DNA of 64,000 nt from Eledone cirrhosa (Eukaryota): positions 91,326,001 to 91,390,000 of the forward strand of contig OZ024744.1 of the NCBI GenBank assembly GCA_964016885.1. The letters run 5' to 3'. Positions 1-8,490 of this stretch are shown here, in pieces. A model generated the notes under the pieces. That model was not told the DNA's origin and ran no database searches. It saw nothing but the letters and a program-made list of their open reading frames with translations. A program made the position numbers and the translations under genes. Each line of letters opens with the position of its first letter. Position 1 is the first letter of the stretch.

Positions 1-107
1 CAGTATATTTAGAAAAGGGTATAAATGTTTATAGCAGATTTAGAGCACTCAACAAGTTCCTGAAGCAAAAGATCAATGAAAATAATCATTAAATCACTAT
101 ATGTAAT

Positions 108-231
108 GATGCATATACATACACCTTTATACATATATACATATACACATATATATACACACATATATATACATACACACACACACACACACAAAAACAC
201 AACCACAGAAATACACACACACATACAATAC

Positions 232-280
<49 letters not shown>
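108..280. repeat. (CA)n/(TA)n compound microsatellite
   Basis: Read directly from the sequence. Confidence 0.95.
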
Positions 281-399
281 TAGGAAAAAGTCTGACGCCA
301 CAGCAGAGCTGAAGCTGTTTCTACAGCAAGTGTTGGGCATTTAAAACTTGGCAGAGACCATACCTCTCCAGGTCTGAACACAGTGAATTGGTTCCTGAA

Positions 400-400
<1 letters not shown>

Positions 401-477
<77 letters not shown>

Positions 478-603
478 TGGGTGGGGGGGAGAAAGATCAA
501 GGAAGAGAGAGAGAGAGATTGAGAGATTGAGAGAAAAAGTGAAGAAGAGAGAGAGAGAGAGAGAAGAGACTGAGAGAAAAAGTGAAGAGAGAGAGAAAGA
601 GCA

Positions 604-645
<42 letters not shown>

Positions 646-1065
646 AGTGAGACTGAGAGAAAAACTGAAGAAGAGAAAGAGAAAGAGAGAGAGAGAGAGG
701 GGTGGGGGTGGGGGGAGAAAGATCAAGGAAGAGAGAGAGAGAGATTGAGAGATTGAGAGAAAAAGTGAAGAAAAGAGGGAGAGAAACTGAGAGAGAGATA
801 GAGAAAAAGCAAGGAAGAGAGAGAGAGAGATTGAGAGATTGAGAGAAAAAGTGAAGAAAAGAGGGAGAGATAGAGAAAAAGCAAGGAAGAGAGAGAGAGA
901 GAGCATAGAGACTGAGAGAAAAAGTGAAGAAAAGAGGGAGAGAAACTGAGAGAGAGATAGAGAAAAAGCAAGGAAGAGAGAGAGAGAGCGTAGAGACTGA
1001 GAGAAAAAGGGAAGAAATAAGGGAGAGAAAGAGAGAGAAAGCGAGGAGGGAGAGAGGGAGGGAGA
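401..1065. repeat. (GA)n microsatellite grading into GA-rich minisatellite units
   Basis: Pure (GA)n at 403-470, then recurring gagattgagagaaaaagtgaaga...gcaaggaagagag blocks. Confidence 0.93.
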
Positions 1066-1735
1066 ACAGGATTGTATCGAGAAGGAATTTTACTAGATAG
1101 ATAGAGAGAGTGGGAGAGAGGGAAAAAGATAGAGAGAGAGAGGGGGGGAGGGTTACATCTAGAAGGAATTGTACTAGAGAGAGTGAGAGGGATATTATTA
1201 GATAGATACATAGAGAGAGTGGGAGAGAGGGAAAAAGATAGAGAGAGGGGGGGGAAGGGTTACATCTAGAAGGAATTGTACTAGAGAGAGTGAGAGGGAT
1301 ATTATTAGATAGATACATAGAGAGAGTGGGAGAGAAGGAAAAAGATAGAGAGAGGGGGGGGCAGGGTTATATCTAGAAGGAATTGTACTAGAGAGAGTGA
1401 GAGGGATATTATTAGATAGATACATAGAGAGAGTGGGAGAGAAGGAAAAAGATAGAGAGGGGGGGGGCAGGGTTATATCTAGAAGGAATTGTACTAGAGA
1501 GAGTGAGAGGGATATTATTAGATAGATACATAGAGAGAGTGGGAGAGAAGGAAAAAGATAGAGAGGGGGGGGGGCAGGGTTATATCTAGAAGGAATTGTA
1601 CTAGAGAGAGTGAGAGGGATATTATTAGATAGATACATAGAGAGAGTGGGAGAGAAGGAAAAAGATAGAGAGAGAGGGGGGCAGGGTTACATCTAGAAGG
1701 AATTGTACTAAATAGAGAGATATTAGTAGATATAT
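1066..1735. repeat. ~106-bp GA-rich minisatellite (about 6 copies)
   Basis: The unit gggtta(c/t)atctagaaggaattgtactagagagagtgagagggatattattagatagatacatagagagagtgggagag recurs every ~105-108 bp. Confidence 0.92.
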
Positions 1736-2782
1736 TTCTTTATTAGTAGATAGATTGATAGAAAGAAAGAAAGATTAGATAGATAGAATGAAAAAGAGAG
1801 AGAGAGGGTAACAGGATAATGTTGAGAAGGAATTTTACTAAATAGAGAGAGAGAGTGAGAGTGATATTATTATATAGATAGATAGAGTGAGAGGAAAGAA
1901 AAATAGAGAGAGAGAGAGAGTGAGAGAGAGAGAGAGAGTGAGAGAGGGTAACAGGATAATGTTGAGAAGGAATTTTACTAAATAGAGAGAGAGAGTGAGA
2001 GTGATATTATTATATAGATAGATAGAGTGAGAGGAAAGAAAAATAGAGAGAGAGAGAGATATTATATAGATAGATAGAGTGAGAGGAAAGAAAAATAGAG
2101 AGAGAGAGATATTATATAGATAGATAGAGAGAGGAAAGAAAAATAGAGAGAGAGAGAGATATTATATAGATAGATAGAGTGAGAGGAAAGAAAAATAGAG
2201 AGAGAGAGAGAGATATTATATAGATAGATAGAGAGAGGAAAGAAAAATAGAGAGAGAGAGATATTATATAGATAGATAGAGTGAGAGGAAAGAAAAATAG
2301 AGAGAGAGAGATATTATATAGATAGATAGAGTGAGAGGAAAGAAAAATAGAGAGAGAGAGAGATATTATATAGATAGATAGAGAGAGGAAAGAAAAATAG
2401 AGAGAGAGAGATGTTATATAGATAGATAGAGTGAGAGGAAAGAAAAATAGAGAGAGAGAGATATTATATAGATAGATAGAGAGAGGAAAGAAAAATAGAG
2501 AGAGAGAGATATTATATAGATAGATAGAGAGAGGAAAGAAAAATAGAGAGGGAGAGAGAGATATATTATATAGATAGATAAAGAGAGGAAAGAAAAATAG
2601 AGAGGGAGAGATATTATATAGATAGATAGAGTGAGGAAAGAAAAATAGAGAGGGAGAGAAAGAGTGATATTATTATATAGATAGATAGATAGAGTGAGAG
2701 GAAAGAAAAATAGAGAGAGAGAGAGATATTATATAGATAGATAGAGTGAGAGGAAAGAAAAATAGAGAGGGAGGGAGAGATA

Positions 2783-3885
2783 TCTATATATATAAAACTG
2801 ATGTTGTCTGTGTGTGTGTGTGTGTGTCCTCATTTTTGCAAAGTCTATACAAATCCACATTTCTACTCCTATTAACTTCAAACTTGCATTTATATATTCC
2901 TTGCGGTCTAAAGATATTAACTGCAGCTTTTATTTTTCAATTTTCTCTTGTTAAAGGGGTGGTAGGCGACGGTTATCCATCTCCGTCACGCTTTTATAAT
3001 ACCTGTCTGTATGCCTAGCTGTCTGCATTACGACATTCTGACGAACATTGATGACGTATTATGTTCGCTATTTTCCGTTCATTGCCAGGGAACGTCTTCA
3101 CGAACTAAAGTATCGTCTTCTTGTTTTCCTTCGGTTGCAACGTTTTTCGAAATATTTACTTCTGCGTTCACAGATTGATGCTTTTACTTTCAGAAGATCC
3201 CGTTAGGGGTGAAAGCAACGATTCTTTGCTTAAACTTTAATCTGTTATTTTAATCTATATATGTATATATATAAAACTGAGGAAGGATGTATGTGTGTGA
3301 AACCCGAGAAGTACCCAACCGATCTTTTTCAAACTTTACATGTGTCTTACTTATATTTCAGGGAGTGTTATACACATAAAAAAAATTCAACTTTTTGATC
3401 CCCTAGGGCCTGCATTAGGTGAAAAACTGCGTTTTTTCCAGCTTTTTAGGGGTATTTTGAGGCGTTATGTCAGACTGATTTCTTTGAAATTGTAACTATG
3501 TATTAGTCAGTCTCTTCTTCATACCGTGAGCAAAGAAAATCCAACTTTTTTATGGCCTAGGGCCCACATTAGGTGAAAAACTTCATTTTTTTTCAGCTTT
3601 TTAGGGCTTTTTATAGGCGTTACCTCTAGCAGATTTTCCCGAAATTTCAAGGCATATTATGCACATAAAAAAAATTCATTTTCTTGATTCCCTAGAGCCC
3701 GCATTAGGTGAAAACCTGCCTTTTTCCTGCTTCATCGAGGAAAATCTTAGATTATCCAGCCATCAGAGTATTCGGTTTATTTTCTTTACATATTGTCCAG
3801 GCATGCAATTTTTCCACGATTAGGTCTGTTGGTGGCCTGCGTACCAAAATACCTTATCCCGTGCAACGCTGAGTACCACTGCTAG
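2783..3885 (+). mobile_element. Non-autonomous Helitron (rolling-circle) element
   Basis: The 5' end TCTATATATATAAAACTG at 2783 is preceded by A. The 3' end has a GC-rich imperfect hairpin (tcccgtgcaacgctgag), then CTAG at 3882-3885, followed by T. There is no TSD. Removing the element restores the host minisatellite unit (gagagata|ttattatatagatag). Confidence 0.85.
3378..3730 (+). repeat. Three diverged ~135-155 bp internal repeats within the Helitron
   Basis: The core cctagggcc(t/c)(g/a)cattaggtgaaaa(a/c)ct recurs at ~3402, ~3556 and ~3690, each preceded by aaaat(t/c)ca...ttt. Confidence 0.8.
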
Positions 3886-4658
3886 TTATTATATAGATAG
3901 AGTGAGAAGAAAGAAAAATAGAGAGAGAGAGAGAGAGATATTATTATATAGATAGATAGAGTGAGAGGAAAGAAAAATAGAGAGGGAGAGAGAGAGAGAT
4001 ATTATTATATAGAGTGAGAGGAAAGAAAAATAGGGAGGGAGAGAGAGAGAGAGTGAGAGATATTATTATATAGATAGAGTGAGTGAGAGGAAAGAAAAAT
4101 AGAGAGGGAGGGAGAGAGATATATATTATTATATAGAGAGGGAGGGAGAGAGAGAGAGATATTATATAGATAGAGTGGGAGGAAAGAAAAATAGAGAGGG
4201 AGGGAGAGAGAGAGAGAGTGAGAGATATTATTATATAGATAGAGTGAGTGAGAGGAAAGAAAAATAGAGAGGGAGGGAGAGAGAGAGATATTATATAGAT
4301 AGATAGTGAGAGGAAAGAAAAATAGAGAGGGAGGGAGAGAGAGAGAGTGAGAGATATTATTATATAGATAGAGTGAGTGAGAGGAAAGAAAAATAGAGAG
4401 GGAGAGAGAGAGAGAGAGAGAGGGGGAGCAGAACAGGATCATAATCTGAAGGAATTTTACTTGAAAGAGTGAGAGTAAGAGGGATATATATTATTAGATA
4501 GATGGATAGAGTGAGTGAGAAAGAAAAAGAAGAGAGAGATTATTAGATAGATAGATAGATAGATAGATAGAAAAAAAAGATAGATAGATACATAGATATA
4601 GAGAGAGAAAGAAAAAGAGAGAGGGGGAGAACAGGATTATATCCAGAAGGAATTTCAC

Positions 4659-4707
<49 letters not shown>

Positions 4708-4844
4708 ATTATTAGATAGATAGAGTGAGAGAGAAAAAGAAAGAGAGTGAAGAAGAGGAGTATAACAAGAGAGAGAAAGAGGGGGGGGGCAGAGAAAGAG
4801 AGACAGGAAGAATTAACTTTAGTACAGAACCGGTTAATTTAATT

Positions 4845-4940
4845 TATTTATTAACCTCGAAAGGATGAAAGGCAAAGCAGATCTCGACAGGATTTGATAT
4901 CAGAGTGCAACAAGCCAGAACAAATTCTGCAAAACATTCT
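4845..4940 (+). mobile_element. SINE fragment
   Basis: ttaacctcgaaaggatgaaaggcaaagcagatctcgacaggatttgatatcagag resembles a recalled common cephalopod SINE segment (gaccccgaaaggatgaaaggcaaagtcgacctcggcggaatttgaactcagaacg). Not verified by search. Confidence 0.55.
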
Positions 4941-4953
4941 ATATGCCTTTAAA

Positions 4954-5033
4954 TTTGCATATACAAGGATGGCGGCCATTTGTATAAATAATCTGCACTG
5001 TTGGCATGTGTGTCCAACACTCCACATATACAC

Positions 5034-5086
<53 letters not shown>

Positions 5087-5113
5087 TGTATATATATATA
5101 TCCACATATACAC

Positions 5114-5171
<58 letters not shown>

Positions 5172-5251
5172 GTGTATATGTGGAGTGGTGTACACATATG
5201 CCAACAGTGCAGATTATTTATACAAATGGCCGCCATCCTTGTATATGCAAA
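4954..5251. repeat. Fold-back inverted repeat: ~85-bp unique arms around a (TA)n core
   Basis: tttgcatatacaaggatggcggccatttgtataaataatctgcactgttggcatgtgtgtccaacactccacatatacacatg is the near-perfect reverse complement (about 3 mismatches) of catgtgtatatgtggagtggtgtacacatatgccaacagtgcagattatttatacaaatggccgccatccttgtatatgcaaa. Confidence 0.95.
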
Positions 5252-5398
5252 AAGCGTATATATATATATATATATACTCCCCACACATATATATATATAT
5301 AATATATATATACATACATATATATACATATACATATGTACATACATACATATAAACACACATACATAGACACATATGGATACATACATATAAACACA

Positions 5399-6010
5399 CA
5401 TGGTGGCTGCCAACTCGTTTTCGAGTACGGCCACTACTTTATATCCATGTAGGAGAACCCCTACCGATGCGCTGAACGAATGTGACTTTTTAGTCCAGTC
5501 AGCGACTTGAAAACTCTGGTACAAAGACTACACTTGTGACCATTATTGACACATAGTGCTGGGCCCATGGTACCATGTGACGACAAGTGCAGAGAGATCT
5601 CCAAATATAAAGCAATGCCTGTGCCGTGAAGCTTTTATAGTGAGCAAAGGCACTGCACAAAGCCAGTCCCACTCCCTTAACCAAGATGATATTTACCAAA
5701 AAGAAGAACAAGTCAACATCATTGGATACCATCAGAGTTGCAGGTGTTATATCAGAGTTTTCATTCTCCTAGAATTCTGCCTTGACAAAGGCTAAGGGGT
5801 CATCTCGCCCGGTGATTTTGGATGGCCATTGACTCTTAAGAGCTCCTTTGCCCTTTGACAGGTTTTGTTTTTAGTCCTGCAGGATGTCCAAAGTCACCCT
5901 CCTCACCAAGAAACCTTGGTGGGGTTGCCAGTTTAGTCGCCAACGACCCGATCATGAGACAGGTTGTACTGGGATACATGTTACCAGTAGCACCAACTGG
6001 TGACCTGACA
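5399..6010 (-). mobile_element. RTE-related short non-autonomous retroposon, copy 1
   Basis: Homologous to 6190-6770 (shared blocks agcaatgcctgtgc, gtcaacatcat, cagagttt, ttggatggcc(a/g)ttgactct). The minus strand carries ctaggagaatgaaaactctgat, which resembles an RTE 5'-UTR motif as I recall it. It ends in a stem-loop actcgaaaacgagt-tggcagccacca followed by a microsatellite tail. Confidence 0.6.
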
Positions 6011-6189
6011 CAATACACATACTTCCATACATACATACTTACATGCAAACATAGATATATACATATACACATAGACACACACATACACATACGCACACTC
6101 AAATACATACATACGCACACACATACAGTCACACACACATACACATACAGACATAAAAACACATACATACACACATACATACAGACAGA
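6011..6189. repeat. (CA)/(CATA)-rich microsatellite
   Basis: Read directly from the sequence. Confidence 0.9.
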
Positions 6190-6770
6190 TATGGTGGCTG
6201 CAAACTCTGCTAAGAGTATTGTAATTGCTTGGTGCACGTTTAGGCTACAGCTAGCCACATGAACCTGTAACAGACACTGAACAAGCAATGCCTGTGCTTT
6301 GAAGGTTTTTTTTAACCCTTTAGCATTCACATTACTCTATATATACTATTATATTTTCATGGTAAAGGCTTTACCTCACATAATTACCTCACATGATATC
6401 GAATCTATGAGATTTTGAAAGTATTTATTTTGAGAACAATACCTTAACATCAGTATGAGTGACCAGTTACAACCAGATTCAACAGAAAGAGGTAGAGAAT
6501 TGTGTAAGGTTTTGGCCGGTTTGAACACTAAAGGGTTAAGTGGGGAAAAGGCCTTACACTTGACCAATCCCACTCTCTGAGCATCGAAAACACTACCTGA
6601 AAAGGAGAACTGGTCAACATCATCGGATGTTTCCGAAGTCGCAGGTTTTTTTTTCAGAGTTTCCCCTCTCTTAGAAAGATGTTGTGATAACAACTGAGGG
6701 CCTTTCACTCCCAGGTGAAAAAAAAAAAGTACTATTTGGATGGCCGTTGACTCTGCTAAGTTCCTCCTTA
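6190..6770 (-). mobile_element. RTE-related short retroposon, copy 2 (interrupted by the piggyBac MITE)
   Basis: Aligns by eye to copy 1 on both sides of the MITE: gcctgtgctttgaaggtttttt|MITE|gtggggaaaaggcc vs gcctgtgccgtgaagcttttatagtgagcaaaggc. Confidence 0.65.
6316..6535. mobile_element. piggyBac-type MITE (220 bp)
   Basis: TTAA TSDs at 6312-6315 and 6536-6539. Terminal inverted repeats CCCTTTAGCATTCA / TGAACACTAAAGGG match at 12/14. TTAA plus CCC termini are hallmarks of the piggyBac superfamily. Confidence 0.88.
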
Positions 6771-6911
6771 CATGATGGCTGCCCCCTCGTTATCGAGTAT
6801 GGCCATTGCACGAGAAACGAGAAGAAAAAAAAACAAAAAACAAAAAAAAACAACAACATAATAATAACAACAATAATAATAATAATAATAACAACAACAA
6901 TAATAATAATA

Positions 6912-7010
6912 ATGTTTTCTTTATTAACCACAAGGGTTTACATAAAGTAGACATTAAGGACAGTACAGGACAATACAGGACGGTACAAATGGGCATTTCT
7001 GCGTGTAAAA
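6912..7010 (-). mobile_element. Possible retroposon 3' end (AATAAA followed by an (ATT/GTT)n tail)
   Basis: The minus strand reads ...cccttgtggttAATAAAgaaaacattattattatt..., flanked by (AAT/AAC)n microsatellites. Confidence 0.35.
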
Positions 7011-7011
7011 A

Positions 7012-7128
7012 AACAATATTATTAATAATAACGACAACAATAATAATAATAATAACGACAACAATAACAATAATAATATACATACATATATATATATATA
7101 TATATACACACCCACACGCACACACATA

Positions 7129-7175
<47 letters not shown>
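7012..7175. repeat. (AAT/AAC)n and (TA)n/(CA)n microsatellites
   Basis: Read directly from the sequence. Confidence 0.9.
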
Positions 7176-7183
7176 GATAGCAA

Positions 7184-7288
7184 TTAACAGCGGTGTGATC
7201 GAATGTGGCTTTTTTTTAGCCCAGCCAATGATCTAAAATGTCTTGCACAGAGTCGGCAACCAAAACATTCACTGGGAATAGTCGGCTC
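7184..7288 (-). pseudogene. Remnant C-terminal C2H2 zinc finger, probably the end of an RTE-clade LINE ORF
   Basis: The minus strand translates EPTIPSECFGCRLCARHFRSLAGLKKSHIRSHRC*, i.e. C-x2-C-x13-H-x3-H with one extra Lys in an A8 run. A single CxxC..F.S..GL.SH...H finger just before the stop is typical of RTE ORF ends (recalled). An RTE-like 3' stem-loop (actcgataacgagg-ggcagccatca) lies downstream at 6772-6806. Confidence 0.55.
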
Positions 7289-7306
7289 CTTACATACATG
7301 TATACA

Positions 7307-7338
<32 letters not shown>

Positions 7339-7490
7339 CACATACAATTGTAGTTACTTGCCCCCCCCCCTCCCCCCCACCTCTTTTTGGGAAGTCTTCA
7401 CATCTTCTGTCATAGATTCATTTGGGAAGGGGACGGTTGTGTTGTCATAATTGCCCAATGCAAGGTCTCTAGGAATCTGAGTTAGCCTGC

Positions 7491-7508
7491 ACCATCATCA
7501 TCATCATC

Positions 7509-7539
<31 letters not shown>

Positions 7540-7643
7540 CCACCACCACCATCATCATCATCATCAACATCAACATCATTACCATCAACAACACCACCAT
7601 CATCACCATCATCACAACTGTCACCATCACCATCGCCATCTTT

Positions 7644-7674
<31 letters not shown>

Positions 7675-7739
7675 ACATCATTACCATCAACAACACCACC
7701 ATCATCACCATCATCACAACTGTCACCATCGCCATCTTT

Positions 7740-7773
<34 letters not shown>

Positions 7774-7836
7774 ACATCATTACCATCAACAACACCACCA
7801 TCATCACCATCATCAATAACTGTCACCATCACCATC

Positions 7837-7867
<31 letters not shown>

Positions 7868-8165
7868 ACATCATTACCATCAACAACACCACCATCATCA
7901 CCATCATCACAACTGTCACCATCGCCATCTTTATCATCATCATCATCATCATCATCAGCATCATCACCATCATCATCATCATCATCATCACCATCAACAA
8001 CAACACCACCATCATCACCATCATCACTGCTGTCAAGTCAACATCATCATCATCATTATTATCATCATATAACCACCACCACTACCACCACCACCAACGC
8101 CAGCACCGCCACCACCAACAACAACAACAACTTTATCATCATCACCATCACCTCCATAACCATCA
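7491..8165. repeat. Compound (CAT)n/(CAC)n/(CAA)n trinucleotide tract with a ~90-110 bp super-period
   Basis: The block caacatcattaccatcaacaacaccaccatcatcaccatcatcacaactgtcaccatc recurs about 4-5 times between pure (CAT)n runs. Confidence 0.95.
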
Positions 8166-8365
8166 TTATTTTACATTCATATTCCAAGGTTGGCATGGGT
8201 TGGATGGGTTGCCATGGTTTGAGATTAGACAGGTTGGAGTGGCATTCATTTTGTTCACATGTTCTATATTTCGCTTGGTTTCTATGGCTGGATCTCCTTG
8301 TTAAACCCCACCACCTTACAGAGTAAACTGGGTGCATTTTGTTGTTTCGTGGCATCAGCACTACC
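8155..8365 (-). mobile_element. SINE copy (3' part) in minus orientation; its (GAT)n tail reads as (CAT)n on the + strand
   Basis: catcattattttacattcatattccaaggttggcatgggttggatgg...gtttctatggctggatctccttgttaaaccccaccaccttacagagtaaactgggtgc resembles a common octopus SINE as I recall it (catcatcgtttaacgtccgctttccatgctggcatgggttggacgg...gtttctacggctggatgcccttcctaatgccaaccactttacagagtgtactgggtgc). It abuts the long (CAT)n tract. The family assignment is from memory, not a search. Confidence 0.65.
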
Positions 8366-8490
8366 ACTTTGCAAAGTGGACTGGGTGTGATTTTACATAG
8401 CACCAACACTATCAGTTTACAAGGTGTACGAGGTAGATTTAATTGCGACAACAGTACTATCACTTTACAAGGAGGGTTAGTTAGGTGTGT
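8310..8490. repeat. Degenerate proto-monomers of the 45-bp satellite at the array edge
   Basis: About 3-4 diverged units: caccttacagagtaaactgggtgcattt...ggcatcagcact / accactttgcaaagtggactgggtgtgattttacatagcaccaacact / atcagtttacaaggtgtacgaggtagatttaattgcgacaacagtact / atcactttacaagg. They share the actttac...ctgggt...accagtact skeleton. Confidence 0.8.

Larger units (their letters stand above)
1800..4430. repeat. ~50-60-bp GA-rich minisatellite, split by the Helitron at 2783-3885
   Basis: The unit gatattatatagatagatagagtgagaggaaagaaaaatagagagagaga is present on both sides of the Helitron. Confidence 0.92.

Noticed and set aside
6558-6596. Apparent minus-strand exon (ttttcag|VVFSMLREWDWSS|gtaagg)
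   Set aside because: It lies inside a repeat copy homologous to 5640-5710, so the splice-like signals are probably coincidental.
9-8036. Low-complexity ORFs (poly-YI, SL, ER, M, D, HT)
   Set aside because: These are translations of micro- and minisatellites.
7491-8165. Poly-His/Asp/Met coding exon
   Set aside because: This is an expanded trinucleotide tail adjoining a SINE, with frame-shifting irregularities and no convincing gene context.
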